DNA from: Selaginella moellendorffii
Taxonomy: Eukaryota > Plantae > Lycopodiophyta
Reading direction: 5' to 3'
Length of the DNA stretch: 64,000 nucleotides
Assembly: GCF_000143415.4 (NCBI RefSeq)
Contig: NW_003314338.1
Coordinates: 203,015-267,014, forward strand
Under the pieces are notes generated by a model. It did not search any database, was not told where the DNA came from, and saw only the letters and a program-made list of their open reading frames with translations. Position numbers and translations under genes: made by a program. Positions within the stretch are counted from its first letter, which is position 1; every line of letters begins with the position of its first letter. Shown here piece after piece: positions 11,723 through 25,474 of the stretch.

Positions 11723-12749
11723 TGTAACACACAAATCCTTAAGCCCCAAAGTGGGGCCGAAAGGGTATTATTTGGTAGTGGCCAAATTGGAAGTCTAACA
11801 AGTATAACACATTTGAACTAAAAGCTTTGATTTAGAAAGTTGAGAGTGGGAGTGAAAATCCCAACGAAGTGCTTGAAGAATGCACACAAAATGGTTAACA
11901 ATCAAGTCTTTAGAAAGGGATACACAAGGGATTGACACATGGCAAGTGTTATGACACATGGAAATGTCAAGATAGAATTTGAGATGGAGTCTGAGATAAA
12001 GTCCAAGATAGAGTCTAAGATGGAGTTCAAGACCATATCCAAGACTAAGACCAAGACCGTGTCTGATATTGAGACTGAGACTAGGTCTAAGACCAAGATT
12101 GGGGCCAAGACCAAGTCCAAGTCTGAGTCTAAGCCTAAGGATGAAAATTTAAAGCAATTGTCTCCCAAGGTGATTTGGTGAGTCCTTATGAGATAATAAG
12201 GGGGTAGACTCCAATAGAACCAATTTAGCTAAGAAAGGTTAGTGTGCCCAAGGAAGGTTACACCTATGTGGTGGATAATGATATAACTATGAAGGAGTCC
12301 AAGGATAGAGTGAATATGGATAGAGAAGTGGGGTAATTTGGTGTGAAGTGTTCAAAAGTTAACTCTAGCTCCCTCGAGAGATTGAATGATTAATGTTCCC
12401 AATTCAAATGTGGTGGCACTATCTACTTGAATACCTTATGTAGCTCATTAGAACTTCACTCTAGCTATATGGGTAGGGCATCCTAGTGGCAAAAGGTGGG
12501 GGAGTACCTATGAGGTTTGTATTGGGTTATAGTGTTTTGAAATGTCATCCTAAAATCCTAAACCATAGAAAAAAAGAGTGGTCCTTTTGCTTGGTGACCA
12601 AAGGTATGGTTACATAGTGAGGAAGTCCCAAAGGTTAATAGAACTTAGTGGGATGGGCTTTTACACCCTAGATTAATTGTGGTGTTAGTGAGCACTGCCA
12701 TAGACGGAGGGGGATTTGGTGGGGATCGAAGAAGGGATATTAGGGGATG
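11723..12749 (+). mobile_element. Degenerate, truncated LTR of the LARD-like family
   Basis: Starts TGTAACACACAAATCCTTAAGCCCCAAAGTGG, a decayed form of TGTGAGACACAAAATCCCTAGGCCCCAAAGTGG. It has a decayed GAGTCC array and is interrupted at 12750 by another LTR. Confidence 0.75.
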
Positions 12750-14950
12750 TGTAAGGAATTAACTCCCTAAGGTGTTCTAGGCTAAAGGATCCCTAAAATC
12801 ATGATTGGAAAGATCGGATAAGACCAAGTTTGAGATTGATTTCGAGACTAAGTTTGAGATCAAGTCGGACACTAAGTTCTAAACCAATTTTGAGATCCGA
12901 GATCAGGTCTAAGACCAAGTCCAAGAGCTAGTCTGAGACCAAGTTTGAGGTCAAGTCTAAGATCAAGTCTAAGATCGAGCTCCTACTCCTAAAAGGGAAA
13001 CCAAACCTGGCGTGACTACACATTGCTTTCTATGGCACAATTTCTTTCTGTTTCTTTTGGTAGCAAATTTTGAGGACTGATTTTTTGTTCATCTTGCAGC
13101 GTTTTATTTGATATTACATGTGTTAGATAGGTTTGAGCTCCTCTTTCCAGCAAGGTATAGCACTCATCAAGCCATGTAGTATTTGAGGAGATACAATGTT
13201 TCTTGGCTCGGTTTGATGTGGGTTTTTACTTTCTCGCTTAGATTCTTGGCCTAATTTCTCAAAGTAGTGTATTTAGGTTTGTAAATCTGGCCTAGATATA
13301 CAAGTAGTGGTGATTTTTGGTGCTATATTTTGGTGAATTCGTGGCATGCAAAAGAATTTTCTTTTCCTACTAGATAGGGGCATGTTTGTAGTAGGAGTTT
13401 ATGCTTTTCTGGGTTTTGTTTTGGATGCTATTTGTTTTTGGAGGTGCTCCTAGTCCTAGGCTTTCCAAGAATACCAATAGCACTTTGGTATCAATCTAGA
13501 TTGGTGACATATAAATGTTTTTCCAGGATATTAGTATATTGGGCTATTTTTTCTTGGATCTTGCGGGATATTGAGGCATTTTCTTCATAAATTCTTGCAA
13601 TAGAGGGTACAAAAGGCTGAGCTCTTTCCAATGAACCTATTTACAAGCAAAATGGTGAAGGATCAAGACTAGAATACTTATTTTTTTCTTTTGGGCTAAA
13701 CTTGGGTAAGGGTTTCTTAAGAAAGAAGCAATCTTCAAAGGAGTAGGAGATGGCGCTAGAGTAGGCACTAGAGTAGGAGTTGGTGCTGGACTAGGCTCTA
13801 GAGTAGGAGTGAGAGTAGAGAGGTTATTGGTTACCGGTTGTTGGTTACTGGTTATTAATTACTTGCTACCGCAAGAGGTTGGTGGTTACTCTAACCTTGA
13901 GAGTCAGTTGTTATATGTGCTTTAAAGTGTATTCTGGGATGTTGAAGGAGCTGCACTAAAGTATGTATACCAACTGGCCTATATCTCCTTCCATTTCCAA
14001 GCTTGTTTATATTTGTCATGAGTATTTTGGGCAACTTTAAGCAATTTGTGGACAAGGTAAAAGGTTCTAAGCCATTTATTTTGGCCAAAAACTCTTCTTT
14101 CTATGCTTTAGAGAAGTCTACAGTCTTATTACTTCTGTCAACCCAGTTGCCTTGACTGGGCATTTGCAGTGTTCAAGGTATTTGATGCTAGTACAGACTA
14201 GATGTGTGACAAATTGGCACTATTTTACCATACCTCAAGGCCATAAGATATGGAGTGAACTTTTAGAATCTAGAATTTAGAGGCAGCCTAGGTACAACAT
14301 TGCACCATCTTGAGCCGAGTCTTCTTCATCCTCAGTAAATTCCAGTGAGTTAGATTTATGAGCTATGGTGCAGCCACCTTTAGCTCAACCCCAGCTCCAT
14401 ATTTTGCAGAAGGGGAGTGATTTGCTAACTTTCTTAGGTGTTGGAACAATCAAAGAGCAAGGGACAAATGCCTTGAGTTCAAAAGCAACATTCTCTCCTT
14501 CACTACCTTTGAAGTTTTCTCCTCGCTGGACTGGCCTTTACTTTGTTCAGCAACACATTGGAGGTGGAGGACATGTGCTAGTCATAATGCTGGTGGACGT
14601 GAGCTCACGTCGAGTTCACCATTTGTTGGGGAAAGGAGGGGCACTTCCCCAAATGCTTGCTCAAACACGAAAAATGCTCTAATGCTGTTCACAAATGCCC
14701 CCCGCTTTTGCCTTTATGAGGTAAGAGTTTATACAAGGAAGATAAAGAATATTCTAAGAATAAAAATATTCCCTCTTTCACTCTTACACTTTCTAAGTGG
14801 CCATGCCCTAACAGTGGGGGAGTAAAGGTATCCATACTTGGCTGTTAGACCATGGTGTTTCTTATGGGGTCTGTATCCAAGACTTGGGATTTAGAGGGTC
14901 TTATGATCTAGTCTTATTGTACCTAGGTAAGGCTTGGTGTGAGGATGGTG
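12750..14950 (+). mobile_element. Degenerate gypsy-type LTR interrupted by ~1.8 kb of unclassified sequence (~12990-14812)
   Basis: The start TGTAAGGAATTAACTCCC matches 51247. Bases 14813-14930 match the LTR segment at 17065-17190. Confidence 0.55.
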
Positions 14951-15538
14951 TTCAAGAATTGAAGATTGGAGTTAATGACTATAGGATGAGGAGTTGAGGG
15001 TGTACTTAGAGGATGAATTATCATTTTCATAATATAGAAGGATAGTTTTAAATGGCAAAGGTAACCCACATGGAACAAAGGATAATTAAGTGTTTGTATA
15101 ACACTTGCAAAGACGGTCCTAATGATTAGAAATTGCATATGAGAGGTATTTAATTGTGGTGGCATCTCAAAAGTATTCATAAGGCTAGGACTTTATGGGT
15201 CATTGGACTTGCAAAGTCCAAAAGTTAGACGAGTTAGTCGAGTAAAGAGATCATCCCAAAAGCTTGGATGAAATGTATTTGGAGTGAAGTGTGTTATGCT
15301 CAGTCATGCACTAAGAGGATCATGAGATCCAAGTATAAGAATAATTAATATCTCACTAAGGATGAGGTGCTATATTAAAGACAACTTTTAAGAAGAGTTG
15401 GGTGTGAACACGATGGTGAAATATTAACCAATAGTTAGCATAAAAAATGACAAATATGGTTTTGGTAGAAGATATAAACACAAATGGAATGTGTTGTGAG
15501 GATAGGCTCCTAAAACTGATGGTGTTGAGACACTAAGT

Positions 15539-16550
15539 TGTAAGTAAATAAATTTTCCATTCTACTTTAATCACTTAACCACACCTCCAACCACTTGGAA
15601 GAGTCTCATTCATAACCTCCATAAGTCCAATTCAAGATTTGAGGTTTGCTAGCCCCGAGAATAGCATCCATACCACTCAACCTTTGCACTTCATCCAAGT
15701 GCTCCACGTGTTTGGTCCCATGACCAAGACCCAAAGGTACCACTGACATATTAGCTTGTTATATTAGGGCCGTGTCTATTCACCTTTGTTAAACTGGTGA
15801 TCCAACACCACCTACATCACAGTCCTATCTCTCAAAGACTGGGTCATCCGTCCATAAGTGGTCATCCCAGATCCACTCCTTAGCTTCCTTAGGATGCCTG
15901 TAAACATGGAGAATAGCCTTCCCCAATATCCCTTTTTTGGTCCCCACTAAGTCCCTTTCTACCCATGGCCGAGTTTGTCAACACTGCCACTAGATCAAGG
16001 CCTATAGGCCCAACCACTAAGTCCCCTTGTTCTTTGGGACTTCCTTGTCATGTGATTGCATTTACACTAAAGGACTGCTCCTCTTCCTTTCCACCATTTG
16101 GGACTCTGGGACAACATTTCAAAACACTATGGCCCTACGTGAGCCTCGTGGGCACTCTCCCCGCTTTTTGCCTATGGGTGCTTTAGCTATGAGCTTAGAG
16201 CGAGGTTCCGTTGAGCCATGCTAGGTATCCAAGTAGGTAGTGCCATCCACACTTGGACTAGGAGCATCAACCATTCCATCTCCCAAGGGAACTAGAGCTG
16301 GCTCTTGAACACTTCCCCAAGCCACTCCACTTGTCGGTCTATATTCACTTTAACCTTGGACTTCCTAGTGGTTATCTTATCACCCAACACTTGGGTACAG
16401 CCTTCTTGGGCCAAATTGGCTCCATTGGGGTTCAACCCCTACACTCTCCCTATTATACTTTTGGAACCCCCTACAGCTCCCCCCCCTATAGGACGATCGC
16501 TTTGGGCTTTCACCCAACAGCATATATTAGTATTCAGACTCGGACTTGGA
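15539..16550 (-). mobile_element. LARD-family-related LTR, inverted and truncated within its repeat array
   Basis: Begins on + with TGTAAGTAAATAAATTTTCCATTCTACTTT (the LTR 3' end) and is collinear with 18884-19900. Confidence 0.8.
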
Positions 16551-17490
16551 TTGGGTCTAAGACCGAGTCCAAGGTCAAATTCGAGGTCAAGTTTGAGATC
16601 AAATCTGAGGTCAAGTCCAAGATCGAGTCCGAGACCGAGTCCGAGGTTGGGTCTGAGATTAAATCCAAGACCAAGTCAAGTACTAATATAGGTCGAGGGG
16701 TGAAAGCCCAAAGTGTGTGTCTCCTAGGGGGGCGGGGGGGCGGGGGGGGTGGGCTGTAGGGGGTTCCAAAAGTATAATAGGGATGGTGAGGTCTAGGAAC
16801 CAATCTTGAAGGAACTCTCTAGTGGTGCTTCCAAACTGACTTGAGGTTGAGACTGGGATTTAGGGGCCTTGGGTGGGAGTGAGCGTGGACTTGGGTGATG
16901 CCGAAAGGGCCACCTAAGGAAGTGCTCAAAAGCAGCTCCCACTCCCGGAAGAGAAATCGATTGTGGTGCTCTTGACTCATGTGGAGTGGTGCCCCATTTG
17001 AGTACCTTGCGGCTCATTGGTCCTCGCCCTTCCTAGGGGCTTGGGCCTTCCCATTAGTATGGAAGTGGTGGGGTAGAGGTACCTATACCGGGCCGTTAGG
17101 CCACGGTGTTTCCCTTGGCGTCCTGAAGCAAGTGTTGCACCCAAGACTTGGGATTTAGAGAGTCCCATGATCAAGCTTTGTTGTACCAAGGGATGTTAGG
17201 AACTTGGAGGCTTGGTGTGCTTAGCTGCTTGTGCCTGCAGGGAGTGTAGACGAACCTTAAGTCCAGTCTAACTTGGGGAGGGGAATTAGGAGACATTTAG
17301 GAATCTGTGGATGGATGGCTAACGCTCTGTTGCTCGTGCAGTGAGTAGTTGAAACTAAGTGGGACCAAGTAGGAGCTAGTATAATAGGCAGGAACCTTGG
17401 CAAGGGAACTTAGAAAAGGCCAAAGCGGTGTTGGTTAGATAGACGAGGGAAGTTGGCAAATTGGAAAAGAAAAATTCGTGGTTTACAATT

Positions 17491-17502
17491 TGGTATCAGA
17501 GC
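17491..17502 (+). other. Primer binding site (tRNA-iMet) of the gypsy element
   Basis: TGGTATCAGAGC, 3 nt after the LTR terminal CA. Confidence 0.9.
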
Positions 17503-19883
17503 CTTTTCCTCAGTTCTAGCGAAGGATAGAGGCAGATTGCTAGGAGATGCCAAAGGTAGGGCATAAACGAACCAAGGCAGAGACAAAACCTCCTCTGGAG
17601 CTGGAGCCTCCGGTCGAACAATGAGGAATCCTTGCATGAGGAGGACTCTAGTGAGGAAACGTCCAAACAAGAGTTTGGTAGTGAGGTTCAGTCGTCCAAA
17701 GCTTGATTGGATGTTCTAGAAGGACAATTGGTACAGACTAATGCCTTGCTAGAGACTCTTGTACGCAAGTTAAAGCGTGATGAAAAGCGGGAGAAAAAGC
17801 AAAAGACTGTGGATGCTGGCAGTGCAGAAGGTGTGGACCCTTTGGTAGGGATTGAGCCAGAACCAAACAAGGTCGAATAGACTGAACTGGAATCAACCCC
17901 TCAAGAAGTTCCCAAGTACAAACCAAAGCCCCCACTGGTCTTCAAGGGAGTGAATGACTATAAGATGGTGGAGAATTGGTTTTACGATGTGGAAGACTAT
18001 TTCCGAGTGTTGCAATTACCGAGCTTGGAGACGGTCCCATGTGCAAAACCATACTTGGCAAAGTCTTGGTGGAGAACGACAGAGGCCAACGAAGGACTAG
18101 TGGCCACTTGAGAAATGATGAAGGCGAGGATTCATGCAACTTATGTTCCCCCAAATGCTACTCTGCACCTAAGGGATGAGCTGAGTAGGCTAAAGTAGAC
18201 TGGAACCATTCAAGTGTATGTGAATGGGTTTATGGCAAAGAGGATACTTGTCACGGATATGGGTGATATGGATGCATTCCATGCCTTCATATCGGGCTTG
18301 CAAACCTGGGCTCGCGGCGAGGTAAAACATTGGAACCCAACCAAGGAAACATTGGATGCAGCTATCAAGGTGCATTTCAATGATAACTTACAAAAGGGGA
18401 ACATGACGAGGTCAGGGTTCACATTTAGTAAAGGGGCCAAACCAAGGGGAACATATGGCAAAGGGAAATTTAAGAAGAGTTTCTCTAAGAATGAGTCCTC
18501 AGGGTTCTGGAAAGGTAGATTTGGTGGCTAGCGAGTAAGTATGTGGGAGAGTCAAGCAAAAAGAGACAAACTCACAAATAAGAAGGTCAAGTTTGCTAGC
18601 AGCATGGGAAACAACATATACTACAATTCTGGTGAAGTGGGACACTTTTCAAGGGAATGTCCCTACCTGAAGAAGGCAAGAGCCAATATAGCCATTAAGT
18701 TGGGTGAAATCCAAATTGAGGTACATGATTCAATCCTTAACTCAAAGTTACTCATTACATGAGCAACTTTGGTAAAGAGTCATTTGCGACATCTACTAGC
18801 CCTCCGAGGGAGCTTGGAGGTAACTTTATTAAGATCCTTATTGACACGGGTGCTTCGGATAATTTTGTGGCTGCAGAGTTTGGTGTAAGCGATTAATTTT
18901 TTCCATTCTACTTTAGTCACTTAACCACACCTCTGACCACTTGGAGGAGTCTCATTCACAACCTCCATAAGTCCAATTTAGGACTTGGGACTTGCTATCC
19001 CCAAGAATGGCATCCATGTCACTCAACAGTTGCACTGGGTCCAAGTGCTCCACGTGTCCGGTCCCAGGACTGACACCCAAAGGTACCACTAACATATCAG
19101 CCTGTTACGCTAAGGCCATGCCCATTCACCTTTGCCGCACTAGTGGTCCAATACCACTTGCATCACAATCCCGTCTCTCCAAGATTGGGCCATCCATCCA
19201 CGAGTGGTCATCCTAGATCCACTCCTTAGCATCCTTAGGATGCCCACAGACCTAGGGAAAAGCCTTCCCCAAAGTCCCTTTGTCAGTTCCTACCAAGTCC
19301 CTTTTCTGCCCATGGCCATGTTCGCCAACACTGCCACTCGATCCAAGCCCACAGGCCCGACCACTAAGTCCTATGGTCCTCTAGGACTTCTTCACCATGT
19401 GATTATATCCATAGTCACTACGCTAGAGGACTACTCTTCCTCCCTTCCCCCATTTGGGACTCTAGGACAACATTTCGGAACACCGTGGGCTTACGTGAGC
19501 CCCGTGGGTACTCTCCCCGCCTTCCGCCTTTAGGTGCTCTAGTCATAGGCTTAGAGCGAGGTTCCGTTGAGCCACGCCAGGTATCCAAGTAGGTAGTGCC
19601 ACCCACACTTGGATTGGGAGCATCGGCCAGTCGATCTCCCGGGGGAACTAGAGCTGGCTCTTGAACACTTCACCAAGCTACCCCACTTGTCGGTCTGTAT
19701 TCACTCTAGTCTTGGACTTCCCAGTGGTCAGTTCATCACCCAACACTGGGTCTGGCCTTCCTGGGCCAAACTGGCCTTTCTTGGCGAAACTGGCTCCACT
19801 GCAATCCTCCCCCTCACTATACTTTTGGAGCTCACCAAACCCCCCAGGGTCTGGGAGACGAACGCTTTGGGCTTTCACCCTCT

Positions 19884-20232
19884 CAGACTCGGACTCAAAC
19901 TCAGACTCGGACTCGGACTCGGACTCGGTCTCGGCCTCGGCCTCGGCCTCGGCCTCGGTCTCGGTCTCGGTCCAGGTCTCGTCCCGGTCTCGGTCCCGGT
20001 CTCAGTCTCAACCTTGGACTCCATCTCGGGTCCATCTCGGACTCCATCTCGGTCCATCTCGGACTCCATCTCGGACTCCATCTCGGACTCTATCTCAGGC
20101 TCCGTCTCGGTCCATCTCGGACTCCACTTCGGACTCCAATTGGGACTCCATCTCGGACTCCATCTCGGGCTCCACCTCGGACTCCACCTCGAACTCCATC
20201 TCGGACTCCAACTCGGGTCCATCTCGGACTCC
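19884..20232 (-). repeat. LTR minisatellite (12-bp GAGATGGAGTCC units, then 6-bp GAGACC/GAGTCC units on the element sense strand)
   Basis: Visible tandem units. Homologous arrays lie at 25475-25998, 33197-33780, 41883-42490 and 47693-48142. Confidence 0.95.
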
Positions 20233-23200
20233 TCGCTTATTGCTCACTTCGTGGTTGTTCCTCGAGCACTTTGTTGGGAGTTCCACTCCCGCTCTCAACC
20301 TTTCAAGTCAGAGCTTTTAGTCCAAACGTGTTACGCTCGTTTGGCTTTCACTTTGGCCACTACCACGTGGCACCCTTTCCAGCTCCACTTTGGGGCCTAG
20401 GGATTTTGTGTCTCACAACTCCACCACCCATATACGAAGTTCGATGTCCTCATCGAACAGTAAACCCTTTTATAAAGTAACACCCGCAGATATTACCATT
20501 CCCATCCTTGGCACCCGGCCAATATGTGTCTATGGTTTGACCCCGAAGGCTCACCATGCCTTGTCCATCCTCTAAAGAGGATAGTCTCTCTAACTTAGAG
20601 ACTGATTGGACCACTTGTGGTGGTTCTTTCCATTTATTGGTTTAGTTCTCGCTAAACTTGTTAGAGACACCGTCTCTATCTCAATCCCACTACTCCATCT
20701 TGAGTAGTCTCAATTTTCATCGATATAACCTTTGCACTTTGGAACGTTTACTTTTGACTTCTTGAAGTCAATTTTCCTAGGTGTCTCCAACACCTTGCAT
20801 TGCACATATTGTGCAATTCCACTTCCCATCCTAGGAAGTTCTTTAGTTGAGGGCACCATCATCCTCTCTTCTATTTCGTGCGACCTTGGGCACTAAGTTC
20901 CATTTATCATACTTTGTGCTAGGGCTGTCCATGGCCCTATCATTTGGCTACCTTACTGCTCCCTCCCATGGAGCTTCCACTTTCGCCAAATCGGAGCAAT
21001 TCGGAATCCATCCTTGGAAACACACTTCCTTTCCCGCAATTTGTTAGCGTCCAACACATTATTGTTTCTCGCCTAACTTTGTCACTTGGATTCCTTCCAA
21101 GGGATTCCACGGCCCTATCTTGGACACTCATCTTTTGCTCCTATCTGTTGATTGTTGCACTAAGCAACACGGAATCTCTGCCTCCCTCCTTGAGGTATTC
21201 TTTTAATTCCATAGCAAAGGCTCTGCTTTGCCAAGACTAGGGTGTTCACCCCTAGTAAGTCTCTTTAGCATCTTCTGCTGTGGGCTCTATCCACGACTCA
21301 ACTTTGTGACCCTCCCATAGGTCTCTTTAGACACTACTTTCCTTGGACACACTATGCCATCACAATGACATAGCTCATTTCCCTAATGTGCTTTTCCCAC
21401 TTGGTCACCTTGACCAAGCCACACCATCATCAATAGTTCAAATCAACACTTTGAACTAGGAACCTTATTCCTTAGCCCAAACAAGGACCTTGTCCTTATT
21501 TAGCCACAAGATCACCTAGTGATCTCACTTCGGCACCTTAACAGGTTTGCCAATAGGTACTAGGTCTTCCAGACCTTTAACTTGTTAACTACGACCCCGG
21601 GGGCATCCCCCACACTTGGCGTGCGCCCAAGCCAGCCCTTCCAGCCAAGGGTCGATAGCAACTTAGACTGGGTGTCCCCATCTCATTCACCACGTCTTTG
21701 GTGCCACTGGCACCAAAGTGTTCAAGTTAGATATGCTGAGCCACACTAAGCAATCTAACCGTGCATCACGACTCCGAGGCATCCCTCGCTTGGCGGTGTG
21801 CCCAAACCAGTCTCCACACTGAGAGTCCATGGCCACCGAAATATGAGTGTCCTCATATTCCAAACCATCACCACGCCCTAGTGATTTGGGACTCGAACCC
21901 AAGCACTAGAGGGTCGGGACTCGAACCCAACCTCTGTATATGCATCTACGGACGGTATCACCCTAGATGCCTGGCGTGACTCCCCACACCGGTACACCAA
22001 CTTATACTTAAAGTGCGCTACAGATCACAGCTTAGGAACCTAGTTCCTCCACACTACCAAGTCCTCTCACTTGACAAATCCATGATCATGCATGGACTCC
22101 TCCATGCTTGGCCCCATGGCCCACCCTTTTTGAAGTAATCACCTTCAACTAGGGTATTCGTTCCCCTGACTTGCCAATCTCGTTTGGCAAGTCCTCCGAC
22201 CGCTGTAACATGGTTCCTGCATAAGCGTGAAAGTCCTTGACCATCGACTTTCGTTCAAAGCCCTCTCTTTGAACACTCGGGAACTACTTCCCTAACCTTG
22301 ATAGCATTGCCTCATGGCAAGCTTCAAGACCACACTTCTGCTGCGCCACTCTGATTTCGCGCATTCCATGAACCATTTACACTTGGCCTTTCTAGGTACT
22401 AAGTTACCTAGAATCATCTTTGGGAACCTCGAAGGAACTCTATCCCTTAGCTTGCTAAGGCCTCCCTCTTCTCAAGCTTTATAGTTGCCATATAATCTAA
22501 CATGGACAATTCCATATTTTAGTCTCTCCATGGCCTCACGGTTGCTAGCAACAACATCCTCGAGCACCCTCTTGATTCTCCACTCCCAACTTGCATAACC
22601 ACTGTTGGATATGCCCTTCAATTTCTATGGTTTAGTTCCATCCCAATACTATTTACCTTTTGGCCCCATATGTTTCCTTTGGTTATTCTTCTCCAAACTA
22701 GGAGGATAGCTTTGCACATTTTACTATGCCTTAGCAAGTGTGCTTAGTTATAAACCTACCCAATAGCCTAGGGAGTGGTTCCTTAATCTTGGGCATGCTC
22801 ACCTTGTAATCCCACATACCGGGGTTAACGTTGCTGCTTATGGGCCTTTACATGCCCATCACTAGCCTTGCCAAAATTCCATTTTTGGCTTTGTCCAATT
22901 CGGGTAAACAGTCTTCTCTTGTCTCCACAATATTGGACATTTGGATAGCACCTTCTATCCATCATTCGTTAGGGACTTAGACCCTTGGGCCTTATCTATT
23001 GCCCTTGCGACACAAAACACCACCTCCTGGTGTTCTAGAGTGTTTGGGTGTCCCAATGATGGCCTCTGGACAATGAGCATTGCTGTTTATGACATTGACT
23101 TACTATATCGCATCATAAGCAATTTATCCCCCGTAAGGGTATATCTAACTTCTTTATACCATTAAGAAGTCTTGGGTAGCTACCTTCTACCCGTTTAACC

Positions 23201-25474
23201 AATTATCTTGCACCTCTTGCTTAGTTGCCCCATAGCTGTTAAGTCCTACAACTCATTGCTTGGTGCTTCCACACCTCCATCATTATCTGGGTCACCACAC
23301 TCCAACCGCATGCCTTCCAGCTTAGGCCATGCCTTTCCCGCTTCCGTTGGGATTCCCTTGGCAAGGGGTTCTTATGAACCCACCATCATAACCTCAAGAT
23401 ATCACACCTTGGCACATTTGGTGTCTCCACACCATCAGCTCCACGAGCCTACCTCTATGACACTTCTTCTTTGTGTCTAAGTCTTTGCCAAGACCAATAT
23501 AGTTGTTCCTCATGCTAACTATCCGTTAGCACCACACCATAGAGTTTGCACCCAAATCTAGGCCAAAGTTGCTTTCTTCTAGGAATATCTTCCCCACAAC
23601 TTTAGTATGGCACATTCTGCCATCAATGAGATACCTATTGTTCTCATACTTGGATCTTATGATCCTCCCCATACCTCATGGGGCACCATACACCTCAGTC
23701 CAAATGCCTCAACCAATCCCTTAAGACCATTCCCTGACTCCACTTGAGTCATCTAGCATTTTGGACTTTGTTAATCCAACGGCCCATAAAGTTCTATTTT
23801 TGAGGTGCTAGCTCACTGGAATACAACTTCTTGTATTCAGGTCCTACTCACAAGTACCATCTTTGCAAGTCTTACTCCGACACTTGATTTGTTCTCTTGG
23901 GGCAACCTTTTGCCCCTTAGGACCACTTGTCCATGTGACGAGAATACCAACTCATCCTCTAAGTACACCCCCACCTCCTTGGGTTGTTCTAGCATTTATT
24001 AGAGGTAGCTCCAGCTACCATTTCAAGGACTTGTGTCCTTTTCCGTATTTGACCTCCTACGGTCATTACTTTTGGTCTCACATTCATGAGCACCCACCTC
24101 AACTATATGAGGATAATCTTGTGATTCCTTTATTGCTTTGGAGTCATTATCTTTCCCGTGATCCCAACTATAGTTGTTTATCACAACTATATTAGCCCGT
24201 TTGTTGCGTCAAACACTCATTTGGATCACATCCTCAGCTCTCTAAGGAAACCTTATACTGTTCCCAAGATCCCAAAGTCTTTCCATTATTGGCCCTTTTC
24301 TATCCACCACATTGTGCCGAAGTTCACGCATGAACTTGAGTGGAGAGCCATGTCCTCTCGACATGCTACTCCTCAAGGATAAGCCCACTCCTAGGACCTT
24401 CCGATGCCAACATCAATGGTGATATACTTGAGCACCAATAAAAGTCGGACTAAGGAACAGCTCTGATACCAAGTTGTAAGCGACTAATTTTTTCCATTTT
24501 ACTTTAGTCACTTAACCACACCTCTGACCACTTGGAGGAGTCTCATTCACAACCTCCATAAGTCCAATTCAGGACTTGGGACTTGCTATCCCCAAGAATG
24601 GCATCCATGCCACTCAACAGTTGCACCTGGTCCAAGTGCTCCACGTGTCCAGTCCCAGGACCGACACCCAAATGTACCACTGACATATCGGCCTGTTACA
24701 CTAAAGCCATGCCCATTCACCTTTGCCGCACTAGTGGTCCAATACCACTTGCATCACAATCCCGTCTCTCCAAGATTGGGCCATCCATCCACGAGTGGTC
24801 ATCCTAGATCCACTCCTTAGCATCCTTAGGATGCCCACAGACCTAGGGAAAAGCCTTCCCCAAAGTCCCTTTGTCAATTCCTACCAAGTCCCTTTTCTGC
24901 CCATGGCCATGTTCGCCAACACTGACACTCAATCTAGGCCCACAGGCCCGACCACTAAGTCCCATGGTCCTCCAGGACTTCTTCACCATGTGACTGTATC
25001 CATAGTCACTACGCTAGAGGACTACTCTTCCTCCCTTCCCCCATTTGGGACTCTAGGACAACATTTCGGAACACCGTGGGCTTACGCGAGCCCCGTGGGT
25101 ACTCTCCCCGCCTTCTGCCTTTAGGTGCTCTAGCCATAGGCTTAGAGCGAGGTTCCGTTGAGCCACGCCAGGTATCCAAGTAGGTAGTGCCACCCACACT
25201 TGGATTGGGAGCATCGGCCAGTCGATCTCCCGGGGGAACTAGAGCTGGCTCTTGAACACTTCACCAAGCTACCCCACTTGTCGGTCTGTATTTACTCTAG
25301 TCTTGGACTTCCCAGTGGGCAGCTCATCACCCAACATTGGGTACAGCTTTTCTGGGCCAAACTGGCCTTTCCTGGCGAAACTGGCTCCACTGCAGTCCTC
25401 CCCCTCACTATACTTTTGGAGCTCACCAAACCCCCCAGGGTCTGGGAGACGAACGCTTTGGGCTTTCACCCTCT

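Noticed and set aside
20418-24474. Short ORFs recurring in element interiors (e.g. MHLLLSC..., MASFKTTLL...)
   Set aside because: They recur only because the DNA is repeated. Stops differ between copies and there are no gag, pol or env motifs.
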